Part shown: positions 30,878 to 41,866 of the stretch, piece after piece
Layout: each line of letters opens with the position of its first letter
Position numbering within the stretch: position 1 is the first letter of the stretch
Origin: Cytophagaceae bacterium
GTDB lineage: Bacteria; Bacteroidota; Bacteroidia; Cytophagales; Cytophagaceae
Reading direction: 5' to 3'
DNA length: 64,000 nucleotides
NCBI GenBank assembly: GCA_021151805.1
Contig: JAGKWN010000001.1
Span: 10,746-74,745, forward strand
Made by a program: the position numbers and the translations under genes
The notes under the pieces: model-generated
Databases searched by the model: none
Seen by the model: only the letters and a program-made list of their open reading frames with translations
Told to the model about the DNA's origin: nothing

Positions 30878-31504
30878 ATGGAACTTTCCTTATTAAATAT
30901 CAAAGGTAAAGATACTGGAAAGAAAGTAGTTCTTTCTGACGATATCTTCGCGGTAGAGCCTAACAACCACGCGATCTATTTAGATGTGAAACAATATCTT
31001 GCTCACCAAAGACAAGGTACTCACAAAGCTAAAGAACGTGCTGAAGTTTCTTTTTCTACTAAGAAATTGAAAAAACAAAAAGGTACAGGCGGTGCGAGAG
31101 CAGGTAGCCGTAAATCACCAGTATTTGTTGGTGGTGGTACTATCTTCGGTCCAAGACCAAGAACATATGGTTTCAAAGTAAACAAAAAAGTTAAAGATTT
31201 AGCACGTAAATCTGCTTTCAGCCACAAGTTGAAAGAAAGCAACGTGACTGTTCTTGAGAACTTTACTTTGAAAGCTCCAAAAACTAAAGATTATTTAGCA
31301 ATACTTAAAGATCTTTCTTTCGATACGAAAAAGACTTTATTAGTTATCGCTGATATCGATAAAAACATAATCCTTTCAAGCAGAAACTTGAAAAAAGCTA
31401 AAGTTGTTAGCGTAGACCAAATCAATACTTATGATTTAGTAAATGCTGAGAAAGTAGTTATTTCTGAAGGATCTGTTTCGAAAATTGAAGCGTTACTCAA
31501 CTAA
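30878..31504 (+). CDS. rplD: 50S ribosomal protein L4
   Basis: 208 aa, conserved order. Confidence 0.96.
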   Translation: MELSLLNIKGKDTGKKVVLSDDIFAVEPNNHAIYLDVKQYLAHQRQGTHKAKERAEVSFSTKKLKKQKGTGGARAGSRKSPVFVGGGTIFGPRPRTYGFKVNKKVKDLARKSAFSHKLKESNVTVLENFTLKAPKTKDYLAILKDLSFDTKKTLLVIADIDKNIILSSRNLKKAKVVSVDQINTYDLVNAEKVVISEGSVSKIEALLN

Positions 31505-31512
31505 TTAGAGTC

Positions 31513-31800
31513 ATGAGTATTTTAAAGAAACCACTTATTACCGAGAAGGTATCTGCACAGAATGAAGGTGGAGTATACGGCTTTGTTGTAGATAAAAATG
31601 CAAACAAAGTTGCCATCAAACAAGCAGTTGAAAAAATGTACGGCGTCAATGTTGAAGAAGTAAGAACCATGATCGCTCCAGGTAAAAAGAAAACCCGTTA
31701 CAGCAAAGGGGCTTTCTTAACTGGAAAGACATCTTCATTCAAAAAGGCAATCGTAAAAGTTAAAGACGGAGAAATCATAGATTTCTACAGTAATCTATAA
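31513..31800 (+). CDS. rplW: 50S ribosomal protein L23
   Basis: 95 aa, conserved order. Confidence 0.96.
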   Translation: MSILKKPLITEKVSAQNEGGVYGFVVDKNANKVAIKQAVEKMYGVNVEEVRTMIAPGKKKTRYSKGAFLTGKTSSFKKAIVKVKDGEIIDFYSNL

Positions 31801-31816
31801 TCATTAAGGTTCCATC

Positions 31817-32656
31817 ATGTCACTGAAAAAATTCAGACCGATCACACCTGGTACAAGATTCAGAGTAGGCCCATCATTCGATGATGTTACTACATCTACT
31901 CCTGAAAAATCGCTTCTTGTTTCTATTAAGAAATCAGGCGGTCGTAACAGCCAAGGTAAAATGACTATGCGCTATATTGGCGGTGGTCACAAACAGCAGT
32001 ATCGTATTATCGATTTCAAACGCGACAAACACGCTATTCCAGCAGTTGTAAAAACTATTGAATACGATCCAAATCGTACTGCACGTATCGCTTTATTGTC
32101 TTATGCAGACGGTGAAAAAAGATACATCATTGCTCCGGCAGGATTAACAGTTGGTACTACGTTACTTTCTGGTCCTGGTATCGCTCCGGAAGTTGGTAAC
32201 TGTTTACCACTATCAGATATTCCTCTAGGTACTGTTGTACACAATATAGAGTTAAAGCCAGGTAAAGGTGCTGCGATGTCTCGTAGTGCTGGTACTTACG
32301 CTCAGTTAGTTGCTCGTGAAGGTAAATATGCTACGCTTAAATTACCTTCCGGTGAAATGAGAATGGTCCTTGTAGTTTGCTATGCAACTATCGGTACTGT
32401 TTCTAATGCAGACCACATGAACCTTACAAAAGGTAAAGCTGGTGCTACAAGATGGACAGGTAAGAGACCACGTGTAAGAGGTGTTGCTATGAACCCTGTT
32501 GATCACCCAATGGGTGGTGGTGAAGGTCGTTCATCTGGTGGTCACCCAAGATCTAGAAAAGGCTTGTATGCTAAAGGTGGTAAGACCAGAAGCGCAAACA
32601 AGTATTCTAAGAATATGATAGTTAAAAAAAGAGTTAACAAAAGATTGAGTAAATAA
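31817..32656 (+). CDS. rplB: 50S ribosomal protein L2
   Basis: 279 aa. [16 protein letters not shown] signature. Confidence 0.98.
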   Translation: MSLKKFRPITPGTRFRVGPSFDDVTTSTPEKSLLVSIKKSGGRNSQGKMTMRYIGGGHKQQYRIIDFKRDKHAIPAVVKTIEYDPNRTARIALLSYADGEKRYIIAPAGLTVGTTLLSGPGIAPEVGNCLPLSDIPLGTVVHNIELKPGKGAAMSRSAGTYAQLVAREGKYATLKLPSGEMRMVLVVCYATIGTVSNADHMNLTKGKAGATRWTGKRPRVRGVAMNPVDHPMGGGEGRSSGGHPRSRKGLYAKGGKTRSANKYSKNMIVKKRVNKRLSK

Positions 32657-32922
32657 TGTCACGTTCGCTCAAAAAAGGCCCATACATCGATTTCCGTCTT
32701 GACAATAAAGTTCAGGCGTTGAATGAATCTTCCAAGAAGACTGTTATCAAAACCTGGTCAAGAAGATCAATGATTTCTCCTGAATTCGTTGGACATACTT
32801 TCGCAGTACACAACGGAAATAAATTTATCCCTGTTTATGTTACTGAAAACATGGTAGGACATAAATTTGGTGAATTTTCACCAACAAGGACTTTCAAAGG
32901 TCACGCGGCTAAAAAGAAATAA
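32656..32922 (+). CDS. rpsS: 30S ribosomal protein S19
   Basis: 88 aa. TAATG overlap with rplB, and the motif GHTFAVHNG. Confidence 0.97.
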   Translation: MSRSLKKGPYIDFRLDNKVQALNESSKKTVIKTWSRRSMISPEFVGHTFAVHNGNKFIPVYVTENMVGHKFGEFSPTRTFKGHAAKKK

Positions 32923-32953
32923 TTAGAGTCATTCATAATGACATTGTATTCCA

Positions 32954-33502
32954 ATGGAAACGACAGTTAAAATAAAAAAATCAGTTCTCAAAAGACAGAA
33001 GATTGCAGCAGCGAAAGAAGCTGCAGCAAAAGGAGCTGTTAAGGCACACCTTAACAACGTTCCAACTTCTACTAGAAAAATGAGACTTGTAGCTGATCTT
33101 GTAAGAGGACAGCGTGTAACTTTAGCGTTAGGTATCTTGAAATACCAGGCTAAACAAGGTGCTAGAAAATTAGAAAAATTAGTACTTGGTTCTGTTGCTG
33201 ATTGGCAAGCTAAAAACTCTGAAGCTAGAGTTGAAGATGCTGATTTATATATTCGCGAAATTTTTGTAGATGGCGGTAGAGTTCTTAAAAGACTTCGTAC
33301 TGCTCCTCAAGGTAGAGCGTATAGAGTTCGTAAAAGATCTAACCACATCACAATTGTGATTGATTCTTTAAAAGAACTACCTGCTGCACCAGTTGCAGTA
33401 GTTGAAGAAAAAGAAGTTGTTGCTGCTAAAGCTTCGAAGCCAAAAGCTGCTGCTAAAAAGGCAACTGGTGAAAAAAGCAAAGCTAAAACTAAAGCGAATT
33501 AA
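32954..33502 (+). CDS. rplV: 50S ribosomal protein L22 (with Ala/Lys-rich C-terminal tail)
   Basis: 182 aa. Core is [18 protein letters not shown]. About 45 extra C-terminal residues. Confidence 0.95.
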   Translation: METTVKIKKSVLKRQKIAAAKEAAAKGAVKAHLNNVPTSTRKMRLVADLVRGQRVTLALGILKYQAKQGARKLEKLVLGSVADWQAKNSEARVEDADLYIREIFVDGGRVLKRLRTAPQGRAYRVRKRSNHITIVIDSLKELPAAPVAVVEEKEVVAAKASKPKAAAKKATGEKSKAKTKAN

Positions 33503-33507
33503 TTACC

Positions 33508-34266
33508 ATGGGACAAAAAGTTAATCCGATAGGTTTCCGTTTAGGAGTTGTTAAAGGTTGGGAATCTAACTGGTACGGAGGCAAAACATTTGCTGACAAA
33601 TTAGTTGAAGACGAACAAATCCGTAAATATGTACTTGCTCGTATTCCTAAAGGCGGAATCTCTAAAATAGTTATTGAAAGAACTATAAAAAGAGTAACTC
33701 TTACAATTAATACTGCTAGACCAGGTGTTGTAATTGGTAAAGGTGGCGCTGAAGTTGATAAAATTAAAGAAGAGTTAAAGAAAATTACAGGTAAAGATGT
33801 TCAAATCAACATCTTTGAAATTAAAAGACCTGAAATGGAAGCTCTTTTAGTTGGTGAATCAATCGCTCAACAATTAAAAGCAAGAATTTCTTACCGTCGT
33901 GCAATGAAGCAAGCAATTGCTGGTACTATGCGTGTAGGTGCTCTTGGTATTAAAGTTAAATTATCTGGTCGTTTAGGTGGTGCTGAGATGGCACGTACTG
34001 ACCAATATAAAGAAGGACGTATTCCTTTGCATACATTACGTGCTGATATTGACTATGCTGTAAGCGAAGCATTAACAGTTTATGGTAAAATCGGTATCAA
34101 AGTATGGATCTTCAAAGGTGAAGTATACGGCAAGAGAGATTTATCTCCGAATGTAGGAAGTGCTGCATCTGGTACAAGTTCTTCTAACAACGAAAATGCT
34201 GCTCCGAACCAAGGTCCGAGAAGAAAAAGAGGCGGCGAAGGTAATAGAAAAAAGTCTAACAAATAG
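33508..34266 (+). CDS. rpsC: 30S ribosomal protein S3
   Basis: 252 aa. [13 protein letters not shown] start and a KH domain. Confidence 0.98.
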   Translation: MGQKVNPIGFRLGVVKGWESNWYGGKTFADKLVEDEQIRKYVLARIPKGGISKIVIERTIKRVTLTINTARPGVVIGKGGAEVDKIKEELKKITGKDVQINIFEIKRPEMEALLVGESIAQQLKARISYRRAMKQAIAGTMRVGALGIKVKLSGRLGGAEMARTDQYKEGRIPLHTLRADIDYAVSEALTVYGKIGIKVWIFKGEVYGKRDLSPNVGSAASGTSSSNNENAAPNQGPRRKRGGEGNRKKSNK

Positions 34267-34299
34267 AACAGAGATTCTGTCTGTATATAAATAAAAGTC

Positions 34300-34722
34300 A
34301 TGTTACAGCCAAAACGTACAACATATAGAAAGCAGCAAAAAGGGAGAGTAACTGGTGTTGCTACCCGTGGTCATAGAATTGCTTTCGGCTCTTTTGCAAT
34401 TAAATCTTTAGAAGGCGGTTGGATTACAGCTCGTCAGATTGAAGCAGCACGTATCGCAATGACTCGTGCAATGAAAAGAGAAGGCCAGGTTTGGATCAGA
34501 ATATTTCCTGACAAACCAATCACTCAGAAACCTGCAGAGGTTCGTATGGGTAAAGGTAAAGGTGCTCCTGAATATTGGGTTGCTTGTATCAAACCAGGTA
34601 CAATCTTATTCGAATCAGGTGGAGTATCAATAGAAACGGCACAAGAATCTTTGCGTTTGGCTGCGCAGAAATTGCCTTTCAAAACAAAATTTATTGTAAG
34701 ACCGGATTACGTAGCATCATAA
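34300..34722 (+). CDS. rplP: 50S ribosomal protein L16
   Basis: 140 aa. [16 protein letters not shown] start. Confidence 0.98.
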   Translation: MLQPKRTTYRKQQKGRVTGVATRGHRIAFGSFAIKSLEGGWITARQIEAARIAMTRAMKREGQVWIRIFPDKPITQKPAEVRMGKGKGAPEYWVACIKPGTILFESGGVSIETAQESLRLAAQKLPFKTKFIVRPDYVAS

Positions 34723-34723
34723 T

Positions 34724-34912
34724 ATGAAAACTGCTGAAATAAAAGGTTTATCGGTACAAGATTTAAAGCAACGTATCGTTGCTGAAAAAGAGAACTTGCA
34801 CAAGCTGAAATTTGCACATGCGATTTCTCCAATTGAGAACCCGATGAAAATAAGTCATACTCGTAAGCTGATTGCTCAATTGAGTACTGAACTTACTGCA
34901 AAAAGTAAATAA
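34724..34912 (+). CDS. rpmC: 50S ribosomal protein L29
   Basis: 62 aa, conserved order. Confidence 0.95.
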   Translation: MKTAEIKGLSVQDLKQRIVAEKENLHKLKFAHAISPIENPMKISHTRKLIAQLSTELTAKSK

Positions 34913-34946
34913 GTTAAGGTCGAAAGATTAAATCTACCGAACTATA

Positions 34947-35210
34947 ATGGAAGAGATTCTAAGAAACGCCAGAAAAGAAAGAACTGGTAAAGTAGTTAGT
35001 AATAAGATGAATAAATCTATTACTGTAGCTGTTGAGCGTAAAGTGAAACACGCTAAGTATGGTAAGTTCATACACAAGACTACAAAATTAATGGCCCATG
35101 ATGAAAATCAGGAATGCGGAATTGGTGATACAGTACGCGTTATGGAAACAAGACCATTAAGTAAATTGAAACGTTGGAGACTCGTTGAAGTCATTGAAAA
35201 AGCTAAGTAA
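34947..35210 (+). CDS. rpsQ: 30S ribosomal protein S17
   Basis: 87 aa, conserved order. Confidence 0.96.
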   Translation: MEEILRNARKERTGKVVSNKMNKSITVAVERKVKHAKYGKFIHKTTKLMAHDENQECGIGDTVRVMETRPLSKLKRWRLVEVIEKAK

Positions 35211-35212
35211 TC

Positions 35213-35581
35213 ATGGTACAACAAGAATCAAGGCTATCCGTAGCAGACAACAGTGGTGCTAAAGAAGTGTTAGTAATCCGTGTACTAGGTGGTACTGGTA
35301 AAAGATATGCTTCAATTGGTGACAAGATTGTTGTGACTGTAAAGTCAGCAATTTCTTCAAGCAACATGAAGAAGGGTACGGTATCTAAAGCCGTGGTGGT
35401 ACGCACCAAAAAAGAAGTTAAGCGTGCGGATGGCTCATACATCCGTTTCTCTGATAACGCTGCAGTTTTGTTAAACAATAATGACGAACCAAGAGGTACT
35501 CGTATCTTTGGTCCAGTTGCGCGCGAATTGAGAGACAAGCAATTTATGAAAATCGTTTCATTAGCCCCTGAAGTTCTTTAA
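35213..35581 (+). CDS. rplN: 50S ribosomal protein L14
   Basis: 122 aa. [15 protein letters not shown] start. Confidence 0.98.
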   Translation: MVQQESRLSVADNSGAKEVLVIRVLGGTGKRYASIGDKIVVTVKSAISSSNMKKGTVSKAVVVRTKKEVKRADGSYIRFSDNAAVLLNNNDEPRGTRIFGPVARELRDKQFMKIVSLAPEVL

Positions 35582-35586
35582 TTCGT

Positions 35587-35928
35587 ATGGCAAGCAATAA
35601 ACAAACAAAATTACATGTCCGCACAGGTGATAACGTTATCGTTATCTCAGGTGATGACAAGGGAAAACCTGGAAAGGTTCTTTCTGTAGATAAGGAAAAC
35701 CAAAAGGCTATTGTTGAAGGTATCAATATTGTTACTAAACACAATAAACCTACTGCGAATGTACCTAACGGTGGCATTGTAAAGAAGGAAGCTCCTATTC
35801 ACATCAGCAAACTGATGATCGCTGATCCAAAAACTGGAAAGGCAACAAGAATTGGCCGTAAAGAAGATAAAAACGGCAAAATGGTTAGATACGCTAAAAA
35901 GTCAGGGGAGGTAATAAAAAATGGCTAA
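35587..35928 (+). CDS. rplX: 50S ribosomal protein L24
   Basis: 113 aa. KOW motif [18 protein letters not shown]. Confidence 0.96.
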   Translation: MASNKQTKLHVRTGDNVIVISGDDKGKPGKVLSVDKENQKAIVEGINIVTKHNKPTANVPNGGIVKKEAPIHISKLMIADPKTGKATRIGRKEDKNGKMVRYAKKSGEVIKNG

Positions 35929-36475
35929 TCCTAGATTAAAAGATAAATATCTTAATGATATTCTTCCGGAACTAAAGAAGAAATTTCAATATTCTTCTGT
36001 TATGCAAGTTCCTAAGATTACAAAAATTGTAATCAACAAAGGTATTGGTGCAGCAGTTGCTGACAAGAAATTAGTTGATGTAGGTGTTGAAGAACTTACA
36101 TTGATCTCTGGTCAGAAAGCAGTAGCAACGAAGTCTAAGTTAGATGTTTCCAACTTCAAACTTAGAGCAAACATGCCAATCGGTGCTAAAGTTACTTTAA
36201 GAGGTAACCACATGTATGAGTTCCTTGATCGTTTAACGGCAGTTGCTCTTCCACGTGTACGTGACTTCAAAGGTATCAATGACAAAGGTTTTGATGGTCG
36301 TGGAAACTACACGTTAGGTGTTAAAGAACAGATCATTTTCCCTGAGATCAGCATTGATAAGATCAATAAAATTACTGGTATGGATATCACAATCGTGACG
36401 ACTGCCAATACTGACGAAGAAAGTTTTGAACTTCTGAAAGCATTCGGTATGCCGTTTGCCTCTCTGAAAAAATAA
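35921..36475 (+). CDS. rplE: 50S ribosomal protein L5
   Basis: 184 aa, with an 8-nt overlap with rplX. Confidence 0.97.
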   Translation: MANPRLKDKYLNDILPELKKKFQYSSVMQVPKITKIVINKGIGAAVADKKLVDVGVEELTLISGQKAVATKSKLDVSNFKLRANMPIGAKVTLRGNHMYEFLDRLTAVALPRVRDFKGINDKGFDGRGNYTLGVKEQIIFPEISIDKINKITGMDITIVTTANTDEESFELLKAFGMPFASLKK

Positions 36476-36484
36476 TATTATACC

Positions 36485-36754
36485 ATGGCTAAAGAATCGG
36501 TAAAAGCTAGAGAAAGAAAAAAGCAGGCAACTGTTGAAAGATTTGCTGCTAAAAGAAAAGCTCTAAAAGAAGCAGGTGATTACGTAGGTTTAGATAAACT
36601 TCCTAAAAACGCTTCTCCAGTACGTTTGCATAATCGTTGTAAATTAACTGGTCGTCCAAGAGGTTATATGAGAAAATTCGGTATCAACCGTGTTACTTTC
36701 AGAGAACTTGCAGCAAATGGTAAAATTCCAGGTGTAACTAGAGCAAGCTGGTAA
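36485..36754 (+). CDS. rpsN: 30S ribosomal protein S14 (no CxxC pairs; Zn-independent type)
   Basis: 89 aa. C-terminal [31 protein letters not shown]. Only one Cys. Confidence 0.96.
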   Translation: MAKESVKARERKKQATVERFAAKRKALKEAGDYVGLDKLPKNASPVRLHNRCKLTGRPRGYMRKFGINRVTFRELAANGKIPGVTRASW

Positions 36755-36792
36755 TTTATTTCAAAATACTTTATTATTAAAAAATAATATCG

Positions 36793-36800
36793 TACCTTTG
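36793..36800 (+). promoter_or_regulatory. -7 element TAccTTTG upstream of rpsH
   Basis: cgtacctttgcaggccc lies in the 101-nt rpsN-rpsH gap. It has the same extended TTTGCAG.CC context as the rpsL and rplC promoters. No clear -33 TTTG. Confidence 0.45.
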
Positions 36801-36855
36801 CAGGCCCTTTTAGGGCTTTTAATTTCTTATTAAAGTTGTTAGAATTGTTAAATAT

Positions 36856-37248
36856 ATGGATCCAATAGCCGATTACCTTACAAAAATCAGAAACGCGATA
36901 AAAGCAAAACATCGCGTAGTTGAGGTGCCTGCTTCAAATATCAAGAAGGAGATCACTAAGGTATTATTTGATAAAGGTTATATTCAAAGCTATAAATTTG
37001 AAGATAGTGCTGTACAAGGCTCTATCAAGATAGCTTTAAAATATCACCCGCTTACGAAAGAATCAGCAATTCTTAAGCTTGAGCGCATTAGTAAGCCAGG
37101 TTTGAGAAAATATACGCACGCTGAAACAATGCCGCGCGTATTAAATGGTCTTGGTGTCGCTATTCTTTCTACCTCTAAAGGTATAATGAGCGATAAAGAA
37201 GCTAAAAGTTTGAACATAGGCGGAGAAGTTCTTTGCTTTGTATATTAA
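36856..37248 (+). CDS. rpsH: 30S ribosomal protein S8
   Basis: 130 aa. DPIADYLTKIRNA start. Confidence 0.97.
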   Translation: MDPIADYLTKIRNAIKAKHRVVEVPASNIKKEITKVLFDKGYIQSYKFEDSAVQGSIKIALKYHPLTKESAILKLERISKPGLRKYTHAETMPRVLNGLGVAILSTSKGIMSDKEAKSLNIGGEVLCFVY

Positions 37249-37269
37249 TTTAAATTTCGGACGAATACT

Positions 37270-37824
37270 ATGTCACGTATTGGTAAATTACCTGTAACTC
37301 TTCCGGAAAAAGTTGAATTATCTGTATCAGCAAGTAATCTTGTTACAGTAAAAGGACCTAAAGGTACTCTTACTCAACAAGTTGATCCAGATATCAAAGT
37401 TTCCGTAGAAGATGGAAAGGTTGTAGTTGCTAGACCTACTGAGCAAAAAAGACACAAAGCTTTACACGGTTTGTATCGCTCATTAATCAGCAACATGGTT
37501 CAAGGTGTTAGCCAGGGCTACAAAGTTGAACTTGAATTGGTTGGGGTTGGTTACAAAGCAACAGCAACTAATAACATCCTTGAATTAAGCTTAGGATATT
37601 CTCACGGTATCTTCTTGAAGTTACCTGCAGAAATCTCTGCTTCAGCATTAACGGAAAAGGGTAAAAACCCTATCGTTACTTTAGAGTGTATTGATAAGCA
37701 GTTAATCGGTCAGGTTTCTGCAAAAATCAGATCTCTAAGAAAAATCGAACCATACAAAGGTAAAGGTGTTCGATTCAAAGGAGAAGTTGTAAGAAGAAAA
37801 GCTGGTAAAACAGCATCTAAATAA
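37270..37824 (+). CDS. rplF: 50S ribosomal protein L6
   Basis: 184 aa. MSRIGKLPV start. Confidence 0.97.
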   Translation: MSRIGKLPVTLPEKVELSVSASNLVTVKGPKGTLTQQVDPDIKVSVEDGKVVVARPTEQKRHKALHGLYRSLISNMVQGVSQGYKVELELVGVGYKATATNNILELSLGYSHGIFLKLPAEISASALTEKGKNPIVTLECIDKQLIGQVSAKIRSLRKIEPYKGKGVRFKGEVVRRKAGKTASK

Positions 37825-37831
37825 ATAAGAC

Positions 37832-38182
37832 ATGGCAACTAAGAAAGATCTTAGAAGGCTCAGAATAAAAAGAGGTATCAGAAATAAAATTTCTGGTACT
37901 GCTGAGAAACCAAGATTATCTGTATTCAGAAGCAATACAGGTATATCAGCTCAATTAATTGACGATATCAGCGGCTTGACTCTTGCAAGCAGCTCTTCTG
38001 TTGAATTTAAATCTAGCAAAGGTACAAAAAGCGAGATTTCAACATTAGTAGGTAAAAAAATTGCAGAAAAAGCTGCTGCGAAAGGTATCAAAAATATTGT
38101 TTTTGATAGAGGTGGCTTTTTATACCACGGTCGTGTGAAGGCATTGGCTGAAGGTGCAAGAGAAGGTGGTTTAGCATTCTAA
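37832..38182 (+). CDS. rplR: 50S ribosomal protein L18
   Basis: 116 aa. C-terminal [23 protein letters not shown]. Confidence 0.97.
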   Translation: MATKKDLRRLRIKRGIRNKISGTAEKPRLSVFRSNTGISAQLIDDISGLTLASSSSVEFKSSKGTKSEISTLVGKKIAEKAAAKGIKNIVFDRGGFLYHGRVKALAEGAREGGLAF

Positions 38183-38201
38183 TTCATAAAGAAAAGATAT
38201 T

Positions 38202-38720
38202 ATGTCTCAAGTCAACGTTAAAACGGTAAAAGCGAGTGAAATCGAGCTTAAAGAGCATGTTGTTGCTATTAACCGCGTTGCTAAAGTAGTTAAAGGTGGA
38301 CGTCGTTTCAGTTTTTCTGCAATAGTTGTAGTAGGAGATGGACACGGTGTTGTTGGTCACGGTTTAGGTAAAGCAAATGAAGTTACAGATGCGATCACTA
38401 AAGCTATCGACGACGCTAAAAAGAATCTTATAAAAGTTCCAGTAATCAATGGAACATTACCACACGAAATGATCGGTAAATTCAGCGGTGGTTTTGTATT
38501 TGTTAAGCCAGCTGCTCCAGGTACTGGAGTAATAGCAGGTGGTGCGATGCGTGCTGTATTTGAAAGTGCTGGTGTAAAAGACGTTTTAGCTAAATCTAAA
38601 GGTTCTTCTAACCCTCACAACGTGGTAAAAGCTACTATCGATGCATTAGTTAAAATGAGAGCTCCTCATAAAGTAGCTATGCAACGTGGAGTAACTATGA
38701 GTAAAGTATTTAATGGTTAA
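38202..38720 (+). CDS. rpsE: 30S ribosomal protein S5
   Basis: 172 aa. [15 protein letters not shown] motif. Confidence 0.97.
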   Translation: MSQVNVKTVKASEIELKEHVVAINRVAKVVKGGRRFSFSAIVVVGDGHGVVGHGLGKANEVTDAITKAIDDAKKNLIKVPVINGTLPHEMIGKFSGGFVFVKPAAPGTGVIAGGAMRAVFESAGVKDVLAKSKGSSNPHNVVKATIDALVKMRAPHKVAMQRGVTMSKVFNG

Positions 38721-38732
38721 TTCTATATAATC

Positions 38733-38909
38733 ATGGCAAAAGTTAAAATTACTCAAGTTGTAAGTGCAATTAAAAAGACTGAAAACCAAAAAAGAGTATT
38801 AGCATCTTTAGGTTTAGGAAAAATTAATTCTACAGTTGAACAAGAACTTACACCTTCAATAAAAGGAATGCTAAATAAGGTAAATCATTTAGTAGTTGTT
38901 AGCGAGTAA
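38733..38909 (+). CDS. rpmD: 50S ribosomal protein L30
   Basis: Translated by hand and absent from the ORF track: MAKVKITQVVSAIKKTENQKRVLASLGLGKINSTVEQELTPSIKGMLNKVNHLVVVSE (58 aa), between rpsE and rplO. Confidence 0.9.
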   Translation: MAKVKITQVVSAIKKTENQKRVLASLGLGKINSTVEQELTPSIKGMLNKVNHLVVVSE

Positions 38910-38914
38910 GCATT

Positions 38915-39367
38915 ATGAAATTACATACATTAAGACCTGCTAAAGGTTCTGTAAAAACATCGAAACGTATAGGTAGAGGTACTGGATCCGGCAGAGGAGG
39001 TACTTCAACTAAAGGTCATAAAGGAGCTAAATCCAGATCAGGTTATTCTTCTAAAATTGGATTTGAAGGTGGTCAGATGCCATTACAGCGTCGTTTACCT
39101 AAATTCGGTTTTAAAAGCCTTAACAAAATCGAATTTAAGCCAATCAATCTTGATGAATTAGTTGAATTGATCGAGAAGACTGGTGCTTCAGTTGTAGATA
39201 TAGCTTTAATGAACCAAAATGGTTTGATCGGTAAAAACGATAAAGTTAAGATCTTAGCTAGAGGCGAAGTGAAATCAATTAAAGCAGAAATTATTGCTCA
39301 TGCATTTTCAGCGACAGCTTCTGAAGCTATTGCAGGTGCAGGCGGTAAAGTTACTCTTATAGGCTAA
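38915..39367 (+). CDS. rplO: 50S ribosomal protein L15
   Basis: 150 aa. Gly/Arg-rich N-terminus RIGRGTGSGRGGTS. Confidence 0.96.
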   Translation: MKLHTLRPAKGSVKTSKRIGRGTGSGRGGTSTKGHKGAKSRSGYSSKIGFEGGQMPLQRRLPKFGFKSLNKIEFKPINLDELVELIEKTGASVVDIALMNQNGLIGKNDKVKILARGEVKSIKAEIIAHAFSATASEAIAGAGGKVTLIG

Positions 39368-40692
39368 TGAAGCGTTTCATTACTACTTTTAAGAATATAT
39401 TCTCTATTGAAGAATTGCGTACGCGAATCTTCACAACCATCATGTTCCTAGTTATGTTCAGACTAGGTTCATTTGTTGTTTTACCAGGTGTAGATCCTAG
39501 TAAACTTGACGAAGGTGGGAATTCAGAGGGTATTTTAGGTGTTATTAATACATTCTCAGGTGGTGCGTTCAATAACGTGTCTGTATTTGGGTTAGGTATA
39601 ATGCCGTATATTTCAGCTTCAATTGTTTTACAACTATTGACATTCGCTGTTCCGTATTTCCAACGTCTTCAAAAAGACGGTGAATCCGGAAGAAAGAAAA
39701 TAAATCAGTATACAAGAATCCTGACAATTGTAATCACTGTCTTCCAATCAATAGCTTACCTAGCGGCAACTCTTGATAAAGATATGATCTACGAAGGAAT
39801 GGACTCCCAATTCATGAACGCTGTGAGAATTATCACATTGATTTCAGGAACAATGTTCTGTATGTGGATTGGAGAGCGTATTACAGAAAAAGGAATTGGA
39901 AATGGTATCTCAATGCTGATCATGATTGGTATTGTATCGCGTTTACCATTTGCATTAATGGCTGAAGTGCGTTCTAAAAACCTGGAAGGTGCTCTTCCAT
40001 TATTGATTGAATTTGCAGCATTGTTCTTTGTAATTATGTTGGTGGTTCTTGTGCAGCAAGCTACAAGAAGAATTCCAATTCAATATACAAAACAAATAGC
40101 TGGGGGTAAGCAAGTAGTTGGTCAACGCCAATACTTACCGTTGAAATTGATTGCTGCGGGTGTAATGCCAATTATCTTTGCACAGTCAGTGATGTTCCTA
40201 CCTGCAATCATCGGATCTTCATTTGCTGATACAAATGACTTTGCGAACTCTGTTGCAGCAACATTCAATGATCCTACTTCCTGGCAATATAACCTGTCAT
40301 TTGCAACAATGATTATTCTCTTTACTTATTTCTATACTGCTATTACAGTTAATCCGAACTCAATTGCAGAAGATTTAAGAAGAAATGGTGGTTTTATTCC
40401 TAGTGTTAAGCCAGGAGCAGCAACATCGGAATATATTGATGATGTACTTACTAAAATCACACTACCTGGATCTTTATTCTTAGCTGTGTTAGCCATTCTA
40501 CCTGCATTTGCAAGTATGTCTGGAATTGAAAAGGAGTTTTCATACTTCTATGGCGGAACTTCTTTATTAATTATGATCGGTGTTGTTCTTGATACGCTTC
40601 AACAAATTGAAAGTTTCTTGTTGATGAAGCACTATGATGGAATGATGCAGACAGGAAGAGTTAAGGGAAGATTAGATACAGCTGCGGTTTAA
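39367..40692 (+). CDS. secY: preprotein translocase subunit SecY
   Basis: 441 aa, polytopic, with a TAATG overlap with rplO. Confidence 0.97.
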   Translation: MKRFITTFKNIFSIEELRTRIFTTIMFLVMFRLGSFVVLPGVDPSKLDEGGNSEGILGVINTFSGGAFNNVSVFGLGIMPYISASIVLQLLTFAVPYFQRLQKDGESGRKKINQYTRILTIVITVFQSIAYLAATLDKDMIYEGMDSQFMNAVRIITLISGTMFCMWIGERITEKGIGNGISMLIMIGIVSRLPFALMAEVRSKNLEGALPLLIEFAALFFVIMLVVLVQQATRRIPIQYTKQIAGGKQVVGQRQYLPLKLIAAGVMPIIFAQSVMFLPAIIGSSFADTNDFANSVAATFNDPTSWQYNLSFATMIILFTYFYTAITVNPNSIAEDLRRNGGFIPSVKPGAATSEYIDDVLTKITLPGSLFLAVLAILPAFASMSGIEKEFSYFYGGTSLLIMIGVVLDTLQQIESFLLMKHYDGMMQTGRVKGRLDTAAV

Positions 40693-40698
40693 TATAAA

Positions 40699-41478
40699 AT
40701 GGCAGTAATTCATTACAAGTCTAATGAAGAGCTAGAGATTATTCGTGAAAGCGGAAAAATACTTGGAAAAGCTCATGCAGAAATTGCAAAAATCATTAGA
40801 CCAGGAGTAAAAACGAGTGAATTAGATAAAATAGCTTATCAATTCATTGCTGATAACGGAGGTATCCCTTCTTTTAAAGGCTACAATGGTTTCCCCTCCA
40901 CGCTTTGTATATCTGTGAATGAAGTTGTTGTTCATGGTTTTCCAAGTGGATATGAATTAAAAGATGGTGATATTATCTCTGTCGATTGTGGTGTAAAGTA
41001 TAAAGGCTTCCATAGTGACTCTGCTTATACATACCCGGTTGGAAATGTGAAAGAAGAAGTTTTAAAACTGCTTCGAATTACAAAAGAGAGTTTATATAAA
41101 GGTATTGAACAAGCTGTTGCCGGTAATAGAATGGGTGACATTGGCTATGCAGTACAATCGTTCGTTGAAAAAGAAGGTTATTCGGTTGTTAGGGAACTAG
41201 TTGGTCATGGATTAGGCAGAAGTCTCCATGAAAAGCCTGAGGTTCCTAATTACGGAAATAGGGGAAAAGGGCTAAAACTAGAAGAAAATCTGGTTATTGC
41301 CATTGAACCGATGATCAATCTGGGTAAAAAGAATGTAGTTCAGGAGAATGACGGCTGGACAATTCGGACCTATGATCGCATGCCTTCTGCACATTTCGAA
41401 CATACGGTAGCAGTAAAAAAGGGAAAACCAGAAATTTTGACTACCTTTGAGTTTATTGAACAAATTATTAATATTTAA
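40699..41478 (+). CDS. map: type I methionine aminopeptidase
   Basis: 259 aa. Metal-ligand blocks DISVDCG, HSDSAYT, VGHGLG, IEPM and EHTV. Confidence 0.96.
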   Translation: MAVIHYKSNEELEIIRESGKILGKAHAEIAKIIRPGVKTSELDKIAYQFIADNGGIPSFKGYNGFPSTLCISVNEVVVHGFPSGYELKDGDIISVDCGVKYKGFHSDSAYTYPVGNVKEEVLKLLRITKESLYKGIEQAVAGNRMGDIGYAVQSFVEKEGYSVVRELVGHGLGRSLHEKPEVPNYGNRGKGLKLEENLVIAIEPMINLGKKNVVQENDGWTIRTYDRMPSAHFEHTVAVKKGKPEILTTFEFIEQIINI

Positions 41479-41486
41479 TTCATCGC

Positions 41487-41705
41487 ATGTCAAAGCAGGC
41501 ATCAATTGAGCAGGATGGTAAAATATTAGAAGCATTATCAAACGCAATGTTTCGTGTAGAATTGAGTAATGGACATCAGGTTATTGCTCATATTTCAGGA
41601 AAAATGCGAATGAATTACATTAAGATATTGCCAGGGGATAAAGTAAGAATGGAAATGTCTCCGTACGATTTGACTAAAGGAAGAATTGTATTTCGATATA
41701 AATAA
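41487..41705 (+). CDS. infA: translation initiation factor IF-1
   Basis: 72 aa S1-like fold. [16 protein letters not shown]. Confidence 0.97.
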   Translation: MSKQASIEQDGKILEALSNAMFRVELSNGHQVIAHISGKMRMNYIKILPGDKVRMEMSPYDLTKGRIVFRYK

Positions 41706-41732
41706 TAATTAAACATATAAATCAACAAGACG

Positions 41733-41849
41733 ATGAAAGTAAAAACATCGATCAAAAAAAGAAGTGTAGATTGCAAAGTTGTCAGAAGACACGGCAAACT
41801 TCTAGTAATCAATAAGAAGAACCCTAGGTTCAAACAAAGACAAGGTTAA
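41733..41849 (+). CDS. rpmJ: 50S ribosomal protein L36 (single-Cys, Zn-independent type)
   Basis: Translated by hand and absent from the ORF track: [38 protein letters not shown] (38 aa). Confidence 0.92.
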   Translation: MKVKTSIKKRSVDCKVVRRHGKLLVINKKNPRFKQRQG

Positions 41850-41866
41850 TATAATAGAATAATACT

